Below are positions 1 to 13,041 of a stretch of DNA of 64,000 nt, piece by piece. Positions within the stretch are counted from its first letter, which is position 1. Every line of letters begins with the position of its first letter. The notes beneath the pieces were generated by a model that saw only the letters and a list, made by a program, of their open reading frames with translations, did not search any database and was not told where the DNA came from. The DNA is from Strigamia acuminata (taxonomy: Eukaryota): positions 25,048,001 to 25,112,000 of the forward strand of contig OX442314.1 of assembly GCA_949358305.1 (NCBI GenBank), read 5' to 3'. The position numbers and the translations under genes were made by a program.

Positions 1-332
1 ATTTGTTAAAAGTATGTTTATATATACTTGTAATTTTTGTGGTCATGTTTTTTTTTATTTCTTTGTTAATTTAGTTGTTCTACAAGCCTGGAAAAAAGGG
101 AAGAATTGGTCATTGCCCCCTTAATCCAGAAGCCATGATGTCACTCACTACGTTTACATGATCACAGTTTTCCAGGTAAGTGAATATCCGAATTTTCTGT
201 CTTCTATTTATTTATAATACGGTATTCGATTTTATGTCAATAAAATCAGTTTAATTGCCAATAAAATTTACCTAAGATCCGGTATAAAATTCTATCAAGT
301 ATTTTATCCCAATTAAGATAATAATTACAAGC

Positions 333-1113
333 ATGATGAAAATAATTACAATAATTCTGAGTAATTTTTTCAAAATTATTTGAATTGAACAAAATGAAAA
401 AACTCATCTTAATCTTTTATTCACAGCTCTGGTTTTAGTCGTTCGGGCTGAACATGTAAAAGAAAAACCGACATTCACTCAGGAATTGGAAGAATGTATG
501 GCTAAACGCAAACAAACTCTTGACACACTAAAGCTGGAACTAAAAAAATGCTTGACCGAAGCACTTAGAGCTAGGAAGGCATGGGAAAAAAAATTTTGCT
601 TGTAAGTGAAAATACTCATCAAAATAGTGGCACACACACACGGGAGTGTGGATCGGTAATTCTTATGACCGGTAATTCTTTTCGAACCAGAAATTCTTTG
701 GTCCGGTAATTCTTTCTTTCGACCAGGATTATTTTTTCACCAGGAGTCGAAAATAATCACCCATCGGGAAATGATGGCTTGAAATTTTTATTTTTATGTT
801 GAACAAAAGAAAATTAAAATTACTTGGAAAATTGGTTCAAATGGCTACCGGTACATGAACTGATTTCTTTAATTTCTTTATACCTAGTGGTGAACAAAAT
901 CATAAAGCCTATCCGCCATGTTTTGATATGACACCAATTAAGGTGTTCAATGAATGTGCCGAAGAAAATGGTCAAGTAAAATTAAATATTACTTATGGAA
1001 GCATCAAATTTTACGATTTTCTTTGTTCTCAAGTATACTGGAATTTTTTATGTCCTAATTTTTCTGATTTTTTAAATTATTTTCTTTGGTAATTTCAGTT
1101 AGGCAATATGTGA
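333..1113 (+). CDS. Secreted 6-Cys, probably helical protein (paralogue A), ~120 aa; exons 333-360, 427-601, 888-1032, 1099-1113
   Basis: GT-AG introns join to 363 nt: MMKIITIILTLVLVVRAEHVKEKPTFTQELEECMAKRKQ...KKFCFGEQ...PPCFDM...NECAEE...FLCSQLGNM*. Hydrophobic signal-like N-terminus, TATAAAA at ~284, same exon structure as the paralogue at 1417. The last exon is the least certain. Confidence 0.7.
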
Positions 1114-1416
1114 ACATTATTGGCAACAGAGTAAATTTGTATACGATAATTGTACATTAAAATCGATTTATAAATTTAATTCTCGGCTCAATTCAATTCA
1201 TGATTTATTATTTATTACATTACTATCATGGTAACAATTGAGTGACACAAAGAACAACGAATGGATGTTTTTGACTGAGTTTATATTTACTATTATCTGT
1301 AATATTAAAATTTTAGTGTTGATAAAACCACAGTTTAATTGGCCAATTAAATTACCTAAGATCCGGTACAAAATCTTATTAAACATTTTATCTCAATTAA
1401 GATAAGTACACGCAGG

Positions 1417-2493
1417 ATGAAAATGGTTACCGGTAACCGTAAAAAATTTTGGATTTTGATAAAAAAAACTTGTTGGAAAGTCATAGGTGCAATTGGAAAA
1501 ATTTCAGTTGGAAAATATATGAAAAGGAAATGTGAAATATTTTATGTAAAGTTGAACTGATTGTTAATTTTGTACGGAAAGCTAACTTACAGTAGCTTAG
1601 GCTTGGAATATTATATTTCCATTTATTTAACAAGTCTAGAAATTCATTAATAACACGTCTTATATTTTCAGCTTGTGAAATTTATGGAAATCGTTTGTTA
1701 GGGCAACGTAGAAATAGAAATAAAAAATTTTATATTTATTAAATACGGAATCGGTTTCAACATTTGTACTTCATGCCTATTGTTTGAAAACCGTTGCTTT
1801 CAGTTTTGAAAAAATCATGAAAATTTGATATTGTATACAATTTGAATAATTCACGTTTCCGTTATATTTCCAACACATTCCCAGTTTGAAAATATAATCT
1901 TTTTTCAGTGATTGTAAGTTTTTTTTCAGTGATTACACTAATTATTGGTAAATTTTTAAAAATTATAATTTCGATTGAACAAAAGGAATAGACCCATCTT
2001 AATATTTTATTTACAGCCGTGTTATTATTCATGTGGACAGACAACGAATTATACGACTACGAATTGTCCCCACTTCTGTCATTCAACGAGCAATTGGAAC
2101 AATGTATGGCTAAACGCAAGCAAAGTATTCACGAGATGGGGGTGGAAGTAAGAAGATGCGTGAATGTGGCAATTGCAGGTGGTGCTAAGTGGCGAAAAAA
2201 ACATTGCAAGTAAGTGAAAATACCCAGAATTCATCAAAACCATCTCTTTAATTTCGTTTTACGCAGTGCTGATAAAAATCAAGAAAACGATTCATGTTTT
2301 AATTTGCCATCAGTTAATGCTTACAACGAATGTTCCGCAAAAATTCGTCAAATAACAATAAATGACATGAATGGGGGCATTAAAACTTACCCTCTTCTTT
2401 GTTCTCAAGTATACTGGATTTTATTTTCTAATTTTTCTGATTTTTTTAAATGTTTTAAATTTTTTTTACTTATTTCAGTTCGACGACATGTGA
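1417..2493 (+). CDS. Secreted 6-Cys protein (paralogue B), ~127 aa; exons 1417-1432, 1930-1947, 2017-2209, 2267-2408, 2479-2493
   Basis: Spliced MKMVTVITLIIAVLLFMWTDNELY...EQLEQCMAKRKQ...KKHCNADK...SCFNLP...NECSAK...LLCSQFDDM*. Shares the CMAKRKQ motif, Cys spacing, intron positions and upstream promoter sequence (1331-1406 vs 247-320) with paralogue A. Confidence 0.65.
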
Positions 2494-2753
2494 GCATTGT
2501 TGGCAACAGGGTGGATTTATATACGATAATTGTATGTGATTTTGAAGAATTAAAATCAATTTACCGTACAAATTCAGTATTTTGACTCATCTCAATTCAT
2601 AATTTATAATTACATTACATCACTATCACGACATCAATCTCTGATTGGCTTTCAAAGCTGAGTGGGCCTGAGCAATTCCTATCTGACAACAACTGAATGC
2701 AGATAAAAATCTGTAAAAATCCAGGTTATTGACTTGCACACATCTCACCAAAA

Positions 2754-4787
2754 ATGGTGCTGAATATTTTAATGCGAAAACTGATCCCGATTTTCTTGAT
2801 TTTGCTCTTTACCACTCACACTTACGCGTATTTCGGCATTGGAGGAACATTAGCAGAATGGTTTGCCGAACATGTGCTTCGTATAGACTACAAACCAAAC
2901 GAATATCGAGAAATTGCTGCTATTTGGGACGAAGCACTCTTGGACACGGTAATTATTAATTATATTCTATAGTTTGCACTATTTTGAGAAAAAAAATTAA
3001 AAAACACATTAATAACGTCTGCCATTAATCCGTATAGTCAGAACTAATCACCAAATACGGATATAAGAATGAAGTGCACGACATTCGAACCCCAGATGAA
3101 TATATTTTAAGAGTGCAAAGAATTCCTTATGGCCAACACGGTTTCCGTCGCGGACTTCCGGTGCTTTTAATGCATGGATTCTTTGCTAGTTCTGCTCAAT
3201 GGGTCGATAACCGCTATAACAGTCTTGGTAAAACAATTGACGATTTACAAATTTCAAATATCAACATCTATCACTTATTTGTTTCAGCGTTTATTTTGGC
3301 TGATGAAGGGTTTGATGTGTGGTTAGGCAATTTTCGTGGTAATGCCTACACAACTCATTCAAATGCATCATATGACAGCAAACACTTCTGGGATTTCAGG
3401 TATATAATTAAAAGCTGTTTTATGTTTGGCAGTTTCGTTACTAAGCAACGAACAACGGCTTTCTTCTAACAGCCGAGAGCAGTAGCAAGGATGAAACAAA
3501 ATACGTGCAACATTTACATAAAATCCCCAAATTATGTATAATACATATTAAAATTCACCCAAATATCGCAGGGACATATGGGATCACAACAAACCAATAA
3601 TTCTTACAGTAACTCCCCTCTTAAACTTTGGTTTTCATGTTTTATTGTGGAGAACATTGCCGTTTATTCTAATGCCAGATAAAACAGCCTTTTATGTATA
3701 GATATCTCACATCTGCTCTGATTTATTTTATATATCAATTATTGTAGCATAGATGAACATGCTCATTATGATTTAGCAGCTACCATTGATTACATATTAC
3801 AAATTAGTCAAACCAATCAGTTAATTTATGTTGGCTATTCACTAGGAACAACAGTGGGGTTTGCTTTGTTATCGTCTTATTTGGAGTATAATGAAAAGGT
3901 TTGTGTATGTTTAGTTTATTGTAGTGTACATGTACAAGCCTAATGTCAACATGTTTATTTTCAGATTGCAGGCTTTGTTGCACTAGCCCCGATTGCTAGT
4001 CTTAAGTATACCAGCACTTTGTTGTTTTTACCTCAAATAAAGAACTTCAAAGTAATTCAGCAAGGTCACGAGTTGGTCCATAAACCATATTACCACGTGA
4101 TCAACGAATTAAATCTAATGGTGCATCTAAAAATATGTCCAAGTTCTGATCCACACATATGCGAATATTCTTTAGCAGTAATGGGAGGCTACGAAACTGG
4201 AATTCGCAATAATGTAAAATATATGATGAACTCCTCACAATTATTTAAATTTTCTAATCGATACAATTTTATTCATCAGACTAGAGTTCCAATTTTTACA
4301 GCTCATCTTTCCTCAGGAACTTCAGTGAAAAATGCCGCTCATTTTGGCCAGGTGAATAAATTTTGTTTGATTGACACGTAATCGTTTATTTCTATTGTAT
4401 AGTTATGGAAGAATAATAAATTGGCCTGGTACGACTACGGCAGAGTTGGGAATTTATTGCGTTACAAAAGGGTAAAAATAAATCAGATTTCCCAGTAAAA
4501 CGATTAGAAAATTAATTGCTTTTGTTTTATAGCCCTACGCAGAAGAATATAATATCGATGAAATCTATACACCCATTGCGATTTACCACGCGGCTAATGA
4601 CCCCATAGCAAACCCACTCGATGTGGAGCTGCTGAGTAGAAAAATCCAGAAACTAGCTGCAAAAGAAATACTGCCTGACCCAAGAGCGTCGCACAGTTCT
4701 CTGATTTGGCTCGAGAATTCCAAAGAAATGCTCTACAGTCATGTTGTTGATATGATTTACCGAATGTGTCAGGCTTCCTCGAACTAA
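2754..4787 (+). CDS. Acid (gastric/lysosomal-type, Lip3-like) triacylglycerol lipase, ~430 aa; exons 2754-2948, 3038-3227, 3288-3399, 3748-3898, 3965-4213, 4280-4351, 4403-4471, 4533-4787
   Basis: Motifs YILRVQRIP, PVLLMHG, LADEGFDVWLGNFRGN, FWDFSIDEHAHYDLAATIDYIL, nucleophile elbow GYSLG, SGTSVKNAAHFGQ, YDYG, AND (Asp) and ASH (His). Eight GT-AG exons sum to 1293 nt in frame; signal peptide present. Confidence 0.93.
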
Positions 4788-4896
4788 TCAATCAACTTCT
4801 CTAATTTCATTGAAATTTAAAGTAATAAAAAGATGCAAACGGATGTCGTAAAAACTGTAATTATATATATTAAAACAAAGTTATTGTGGCTCTCTG

Positions 4897-5225
4897 ATGA
4901 TTAAAACCAACAGAATGGTTATTAGATTTCTTTTCTTTTTGCTTTATTTGAATCTCGTGTGCTGCAAAGTCATGTCTCGTAAGCAGCTGCAGAAAGCAAT
5001 ATCGAATTTAAGAGGATATTTAATACAAGGTGATGTGAACTGCGAGAGTTGTTATTCTGCCTGTTCTGCTGTGGCTCGCCATAATTACGCTAGTTGCATT
5101 CTACAATGTGATTTATATTTGTACGAGAAATGTGGTAAGTTATTACATATTTTTAATTCGTTGAATCTTTTGAAATTTCACTTGTTTTCTTTGATTCTGT
5201 AGAACATCCCACACCGCCCAACTGA
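4897..5225 (+). CDS. Small secreted Cys-rich peptide, ~80-86 aa; exons 4897(or 4915)-5134 and 5203-5225
   Basis: Signal peptide MVIRFLFFLLYLNLVCC, then ...NCESCYSACSAVARHNYASCILQCDLYLYEKC(E)HPTPPN*. Strong donor G|gtaagt at 5135, acceptor ctgtag at 5202, TATATA upstream, AATAAA at ~5334. Confidence 0.7.
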
Positions 5226-6294
5226 AAGAATTGCACATTGTAAATCTTGACAACGATGGAGTGGCATTATTGAAAGAAATTTGTTTATTATGTACGTTTT
5301 GTAGTTTTGTATCTGAATTTAGTAATTTAATGAAATAAAACACAAATTTCTGGGTATTTTAATATGATTTTATGCTAAAGTAGGCACACTTTATAACTAT
5401 ATCTTGTTATACACTATTTTATTTTATTTTTCACACTAAAAAGAAATGTCATATGCACAATTGCATCGATGGCTTAATGAAGTAAAGTTTTTCATAGTGT
5501 ATTCCGGAGAGATTTGTGTGATTTAATCGTATTGCTTGTCGACTCAGTCCATTATTTTTGCTTAGAGAGCCGAGACAATGTCCAAAATGCCACCCAACCA
5601 AACAATTTTTTCTCCTACTCAAAATAATCCAAATTACATTTGAAATGGCTTAAAAATGGCTGAAACATCTTAAAAACATCTGCAAAACGTATTTTTTTGT
5701 GTGAAATTAAGTATAAATATTGTATCAATAATATAATCCCGAATGACAGAAAGGAACATTGGAAAGGAAATTAAAAATGACCTTGTCACTCAAGTAAGTA
5801 CGTTAGTCATAGCAACTAAGCTGTTAAGCTATTAGATTAGGGATTGTCAAATATAGGGCGAGCATTGTCTGTTGTCGGATTTGATTGAATTTGTAATCTC
5901 AGAACAAAGCAATACAAACAAAGAAATTTAATATTTAATGTAACATGACACCACCAGGTGAGTGTGTACTTTTCATCTTAAATTTAAATTTTGATTCCTA
6001 ATTTCCAAGTTAATAACACCACTAAAATCCCGCACATTTTTTTTTGTTTCTTTTTATTATTAAATTTTAAATTTTATTCTATAAACTAATAATAATAATT
6101 TAATTCTTTCCATACTTTTTCTCGCAAGATGGCAACCCCATGCAAAGGCTAAGCGAGTCGAACAGTGAGCAGCCATCTATTTTTATCCAGTGTTAAATTA
6201 CCCAAGGTGATTTCGTAAGAGATTGTGAGAATCACAATGCAGCAAACCCATTTAACTGGTTGTGAAAATTAGCGTTGGACCGTATGTCATCAGG

Positions 6295-9200
6295 ATGAGT
6301 GATAATTTTACGATAAAACATGAACAATACCTTTGGAAAATGTGCCTGCATTTTTGTTACGTCAAACCTGTATGTCGGCTATGGGGCATTATAACGACAA
6401 TAGGTAAACACAGATGTATTTTTGTCTCAAATTTTTTAAACCTACTTCAGCTCGCCTAAAAAAATAATCTGCCTGCTTTAATTGATAATTTTTCAGTGAT
6501 GAATTGTAAACTATCACTAAACTTCGAAGTTATTTATTTAATCATTGTAATACTCAATAGATGGCAGCAGCATTACAATGTGGCAGTTGGTTTCAATGAA
6601 TTCTTCTCTCCATTCAAAAATCAATTTATTTTATCCGACTAAAAAATTTTGTGACTGAAAAAACTGAAAGATCAGAATAATTCAGACGGAAAAATAAATT
6701 GAAAAAAAAAAAATCAGGAAATAAAAATGGCTGCTTTGTTTTGAGATGTGTGCAACAACATCTGGTAATTTATTTACAGCTTCCAGTTCAGTTCCAGACA
6801 AAAAAAGCTTGTTAGTGTCGACATAAACTGTTTTGTAGATTGTAGTTTAGAATTTTATTTATCTTCTGAAGTTTAGAAGTAATTTTTTTTAAGTTATTAA
6901 TGATTTTTATTTTGCAATTTTTATCACAATTTTTCTTTTGTAGGACTTTGGGGCATAGGAATTGAAGTTACTTACCATGGTTACATGTTAGGAATATACG
7001 TCATGTAAGTAAACCTATTTTGCCCTCACTTATGTGGTTAAATGTAAATAAAACATCTCAAAATTATCGGAAGTTTATTGCCAGTTTTGCGGACTTTACC
7101 AACTTGACTTGCTTGTACTGTATTATTGTCAACATTAGGTCCTGACTTTGCATTCCCTTCCCACCTTTATTTTTAGTAAGTAAAACGTCAAGCAACGCCA
7201 TAATTCAATGTTTAAGCTGTTATGGTCCGTTAATCAAGTCATTACTCGCATGTCTTAAAGTTGGTCGAGCCTTTGTAAACATTACGCAATTCTGTTATGT
7301 TTATCTTACAATTTATGGCATTTCTAATGTTTACCGTGCACACATAATTGAAGTTTTGTAATAAACATCTTTATTTATTTATTTTTTTCAGAATAGTAGC
7401 TTCATTTTTAACTTTTTTGGAGACTACATGGGTTGTGAATAAATTTCTAGGAGTGTGCATCACGTGAGTTAATTATATCCAGTAGACGCATTCATAGTCA
7501 CGTTTAACTTGTTTTGTTGTTTTAATGTTGTGCGCATGCTCACAGACTAAATTAGCCACCATTTTTGAAGTTTGATCGAGAAAAATAGTTTTAAAGCAGC
7601 TTTAAATATGTTGTTTAAAATGCTGTTTAGTCTACTTTATGAATGCGTCTAGTGAAAAATCCGCAGTAAATTTTTAATCTTATAATCAATTTTATTTTTA
7701 TAGAGATGAAACACATCCTTTTCTTCAGTGTTGGGAAGTTGTGCTGTGGTTAGATTTATGGAAAAAGAGCATCTTGTATTTACTAGCAGCATTTATTATG
7801 TTTATAAATCCACAAAGGATTCTCTTAGATATTGGTGGTAAGAAAAATTCTAATCAATCTACTGATTTGCAAGGAATTCTATTAAAGTCAATTCATATTT
7901 AGGATCTCTGCTCATTATCTTAGCAATATTATATGCATTTGTGGCTTATTCCACACTAAGATTGCAATTGAAAAACTCAACTTTGAAATATCAAGAACAT
8001 GCATACTCCAGGTAAGAAATGTCAACTTTTCGTTGTAAAGTAAATTTTATGCTTTAATCCGGTTTATATCTCCATGATAAACCAATGGAGATAAAAACTT
8101 AGATATCAAGGGGTTAAAGTCGAGCTTTATTGTCTTATCTATTCAGAAAAATGTAAACACGAGTGCCTTTGATTTTTATGGGCCCCAAATTAAAAAAAAA
8201 AGTATTAGTGGGGTCCCAAACGAATTTTTTATTGAAAAATCATCAAATTTTCTTGAAAGTGCAGCGCGGGGTCTCGGTAAGAAGCCCAAAAAACCGTCGT
8301 GTGAGCCATGTAGAACCAGACGGCTTAAATTGTAATTTCAAATTTTAATCTTATCCTGCGGTTATTCAGCTGTTTTGTCAGTAGATATTAAAAATGTAGC
8401 ACATTTGGTATGTTATCTTGCTCAGGTTTAGTTTTGAGTAGTGATCAAATTTGGTTTTGCAGTAGGCGTATTCAATAAAACGTAACATGATCGCGCTATG
8501 CCGTTTTGTAGGAGATTTAACACGAGAATCTCGTGTAAAATCTTATTTTGACGCGTGCCATGAGTTTCAAAGCAATGTTTGGATATCGAGATACCGTATT
8601 TTACCGATTAAGAGTTGCCCTCGAATAGTAGCCACGGCTGAGACACCAAGAATACCGTATTTTTTGCAAAAGTACGGTATTGTTTCCGCATTTAACCTCA
8701 CGAACGTCTCGATACACGAAAAACCGAAATTGTAATTGCTGACAAAAATGGCAGTTTTGAATAAGAGCCGCGGCTCTTAATCAATAAAATACGGTATGTA
8801 CTTTTTGAACACAATTTGTGCATTTTATACATAAAATTTGGCGCAGCGCTAAAACTGCAAGAGGTAGGTGTCTGAAAGTTTGGAAACTGACAGAAAACCA
8901 TGTTAGAAACCCCCAAACCAACTAGCAGATCGTGTATACTCGAGTAGTACTCAAAAAGGCACCTCACAATGTGTACTCCCATTGGTCGAGCCAGTTTACT
9001 GGTGTAGTGATCCGGAAAAGTAGACTCAAACACCAAAATTGCATTACAATGTACAGACATTGTAATCGATTGACGGCCTAAAATTCAAACTTCCAGACGA
9101 TGTAAGCAATAAACACAACAAACATGAGTTTGACATTTTTTAATGTGTAAAACTTCATTTTTAATGATGGAAATAACATTTTTTATTACATAAAATCAAA

Positions 9201-9543
9201 ATAACATAAACTAAATTAGTCATAATAATCACAACAATAAATAAAAAACAAAACTACTTCTCCTAGTAGTAGTACACAGTCTGGAGTTTGTAGTAAACTG
9301 GCTCGACCAACGGGAGTACACATTGTGAGGTGCCTTTTTGAGTGCAACTCGAGTATAGTGTTAATTCTTGAGTCTGATTGAATGCGCTTAGTGTAATTGC
9401 TCAATATTGTGTTTACAATCTTTATGGAAATTAATTTTCTATTCAGATTTGAAAACCTTAATCACGATGAGGTGGACGATACTTTACCTGAACTGATTCA
9501 AACGGAATCTGTCGTAGATCAACAGGAAATTTTAACAATTTGA
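6295..9543 (+). CDS. TMEM72: TMEM72-like four-TM membrane protein, ~193 aa; exons 6295-6403, 6944-7004, 7392-7463, 7704-7837, 7903-8011, 9447-9543
   Basis: Spliced ...VCRLWGIITTIGLWGIGIEVTYHG...FLETTWVVNKFLGVCI...CWEVVLWLDLWKKSILYLLAAFIMFINPQRILLDIGGSLLIILAILY... It aligns by eye with the TMEM72 N-terminal domain (CRLLGITTA..GVGTE..HWLGCFQKFLAYLL..LHP..GSMLII). 582 nt in frame. Confidence 0.78.
8937..9355. mobile_element. MITE with TACTC-type termini and TA target duplication, in the last TMEM72-like intron
   Basis: ~65-bp TIRs (TACTCGAGT..ACTCAAAAAGGCACCTCACAATGTGTACTCCC..GGTCGAGCCAGTTTACT) flanked by TA; near-identical copy at 58006-58430. Confidence 0.9.
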
Positions 9544-10533
9544 TCGTATGAGTTGTGTAGTCGAGATTTTTTTGTATATAATAATATTAATCACGAAGGA
9601 TGTAAAGTGGTTAGTTTGAATGATAATAGATTTATTTAGAGATGTTATTCTTTTTCTGACCTATTATAAAATAAAATCATATTTTCTCAAGATTCAATAT
9701 TGTGTCTCGGAACTATTTCTAATTCTGTACAAATTAAAAACCCTAAGCCAGATTTTATCATCGTGTCCATAGAAACATGCATTTTTAGAGCCAGTGCAAC
9801 TGGGCACGAAGCGACAATTCTTTGGTGTGGGAAAATGTGAACTACTACTACTACGTTTATTCACAATAGATGTCGCTGTGTGGAATGAACCGAACCGGTT
9901 ACTAAAGTTTTTTCCTTCAAGTTTTTACGACATGTTGTGTTTGTTCGTCCAAGAATCTTCCAATATGCTCAATCGATGTTGTTGTTTTTCTTCTACTTCT
10001 TCAACTTCTACACACTGATCAATGTGAGTGGTGAGCTGGTCAGCAGTCGACATCTGATTTCTATGCTTCGGTGTCATCAAACAACATCAAAACTTCGTTG
10101 TTATTACTTGTTAAGACATCAAATTTATAATTTAGCGCCTTTTTAGGCACCAAATTTATATTTACTGCATTTTTAGACGCCAAATATATCATTTAGCACG
10201 TTGTTTTATACATCAAATTTACAATCACATGATTAGAAATGAAATTTCCATTTCTACCCTTTGTCTGACTCAAATTTCCTTGGTAATCTTCCTGGTTAGT
10301 TATCGACCAATGAGAAGTGCAGAAACAGCCAAACCGTTTACAAGTGTCATCTTTTGGATTGCATTGTTCAAAACCCAAGTTTATTTTTTTCTTAATGAAA
10401 CACTCAACTCATGTTTAATTTAGATTTGTGATCATAATCTGTGTTAGTTTAATATTTACTGAAAAAATGCAAAAGCTGTACAATTCTACTGTAAATCGTT
10501 TAATTTTACATGGATTTTTCTTCTCCTTTTTAG

Positions 10534-10781
10534 AATAATAGTTTCATTATTAACTTTTTTGGAGACTGTGTAAGTTCCGAATGAATATTTAGGAGTTTGT
10601 ATCAAGTAAGTTAATTATTTTCAGTGCCAATTTATCGTAAATTATTAATTTCCAATTCTTTTTTTAAGAGATGAAACACAGCCATTTCTTCAGCGCTAGC
10701 TGTTGGGAAGTCGTACTGCGGTTAGATTTAAGGGGAAAGTGCATCTTGTATTTACTAGCAGTAAGAACATTTATAGTCCAG
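10534..10781 (+). pseudogene. Decayed partial duplicate of TMEM72-like exons 3-4
   Basis: Matches 7392-7463 and 7704-7810 with splice sites kept, but has an in-frame TAA (GTG TAA) and frameshifts. Confidence 0.8.
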
Positions 10782-12329
10782 GTAAGAAATTTTAACTATA
10801 TAATATTGCCTACTGTATATATACAAGCTGATTCACACAAGCAAGAAAAAAAGCAGAAAACAAGAAAGCTGTTGTTCACACTGTGCAAGAATGTTCTTTG
10901 GTAACAGCCAATCACAATTAATCACCAACTTTCTCTCATTGTGGCATCCATTTAGTATAAATTTGCAATTGTTTCAGTTTGACTTTGACCGGTATCAGCA
11001 ATCGGCTGTTATATTGGAATTTTCTGATATCGGATACCTCACATTAAGCTGCATGCTGGTATAATGCGAGTTATACCGACATGCTGATAAACCCCGTTTT
11101 TAACGGCGTGCCGATGTAGGTGAAGACGAATTTTTTTAAAAGAATTTAGCCAAAACAACCAAAAAAATCATTTTTAGTTGTCCAAAATGTAGGAAATTTG
11201 TATAAATTTATCCAGATTTTAGTAATAATCTTCAGAATATCAATAAAATTCAAATTTTAGACCCAAAATCCAATATAATTATTGATCTGGGCTCTTTAAA
11301 AAAAAAAACCAAGAAAAAAAGGTTTTTCACTTATACTGGCACGTTTAGTTTTATACCAATACAAGAATAATTCGGTATTTTTTTTGGTATTGGCCGATAT
11401 TCTGTTGCCGATAATCGGTAGCGATGATATTCCAAAATTTGCAATCAGAATCGGTCTAGTTTAAATTGTCGAACATCACAGGTCACATTCTCTTATTTTT
11501 TCTATTGGTTGACTAGTATAAATTTTCTTACTACTTACTGTTAATTCAACAATTTGAACTTGGAATCTCTCTTTCTTTCGGTCTTTCTTTAGTGTGCCGT
11601 GACCATGAGTGAAACAACAATGCAAAAATGAAGCAAACAAGCTTTCTTTGTACTTTGCTTGCTGGTGTACGACATTTAAGTATAAGTGACAAACGTGTTT
11701 CAAACCAAACCATGCCATACACGTTCAAGCAGGCCTGCCCCTAAGGATGGCACACTTGCCGCGTGTTTGCAATTTCCTACGGGAATAGCAACTTTGTTCC
11801 CATTTATATCGTGCGGAACAGTGGATAAGATAAGAATAAAGATTTCTACTTGGACCATCTATTTATCTCAATGAATTAGTAATTGCAAGCTGACAACTGT
11901 TACCGTGACAATAAAAAAATCTGAAAGAAAACATCGGATGATTAGTGGCGTTCTGCTAACTCTTTCTCTTTGTGTCAATTTGGTAAAATAAATTAGTTAT
12001 TGGACCATGTTTTCAACATTGGATTGGGAATAGGCAATTCGCAGGTCAATATCTCATTCAGTACTAATCATCACATTTTTTTGTCCATTAGTTTCTTCAT
12101 GGTTTATTAATCTTCTGGTTTAAAATGAGAAAAACTTTCACTTGGAAATTTGTATTGTTCAATAAGAAAGAAAAAAAGATAGAAATTAATAACTTTTAGG
12201 GAAATTTATTCAGCTGTGGCTACTTTTGCGTTTATTGTCTTTTTGCTCAACAGTTGAGGAAGTTAATGTTGAAGGACTCAATTTTCAAGTAAATTTGAGT
12301 CTTCAGTTTGATTTAAAGATGATAAGCTA

Positions 12330-12546
12330 TACTCAAAACCACCACAATGTTGACCTATTTCACTGGTGTAGTGGCACAAAAAAGTAGCCCAAAACACCAG
12401 AATTGTAATCGAACTCCAGACATTGGGATCGATTACCAACATTGTCAAAGGTCTTGACACACAACTACTTTTTCTTGTAGTAAAACACAGTACACAGGTA
12501 GGCATAAACCGGCTGAAATAGGTCAACGTTGTGGTGGTTTTGAGTA
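12330..12546. mobile_element. Short MITE of the TACTC family, TA flanks
   Basis: TIR TACTCAAAACCACCACAA(T/C)GTTGACCTATTTCA at both ends; internal ACTGGTGTAGTG...AAAAGTAG motif shared with 8937-9355. Confidence 0.85.
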
Positions 12547-12577
12547 TAGTCTTATCATTTTAAATGACACTTATTTC

Positions 12578-13041
12578 CAGTGTTGTATCTCGTTCACCAA
12601 AATGCGAACAAGTTCGCATTCATCACCTTGTGAACTAGTTCACGTTCACATTCACTACAATTTTTTTCAAAGTGAACTAAGTTCAAGTTCACGAACTTTA
12701 ACCCATAGTTCAGTTTTTTTATGTTTTGTGGTTTGCAGATGGAAAAAAACACTTTTTTTTCGTTTTCATTGATTTTAATGACGAAAACGGTTGTTTTCGC
12801 CATTTTCGTTGTAAAAAGTGATCAAAATGAATGTTTTGATGATGAAAACTTCATCAAAACGTTTAAAACCGATTCAAAAAGGTTTTTGCGACGTTTTTAT
12901 CATCAAACATGATGAACGTGAACTTCGTTCCAAGTTTACTCTTAAATGTGAACTAACTTTGTTTTTTGCGTTCACTTTTAAAAGTGAACTAGTTTGCGAT
13001 CTTAGTTCGCGAACTAATAGTTTGCGTTCGATACAACACTG
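12578..13041. mobile_element. hAT-type MITE
   Basis: TIR CAGTGTTGTATC, perfect 8-bp TSD CTTATTTC (12570-12577 and 13042-13049), subterminal GTTCAC/GTGAAC repeats. Confidence 0.9.

Noticed and set aside
1099..1233. Alternative longer last exons for the 6-Cys paralogues (CEHYWQQ..YDNC or VRQYVNIIGNRV frames)
   Set aside because: They would need different acceptors or phases in the two paralogues, whereas the phase-0 xxxM* ending fits both. RNA data are needed to settle it.
11000..11460. ATCGG/CCGAT-rich segment resembling a hAT MITE
   Set aside because: No matching TIR pair or TSD could be defined.
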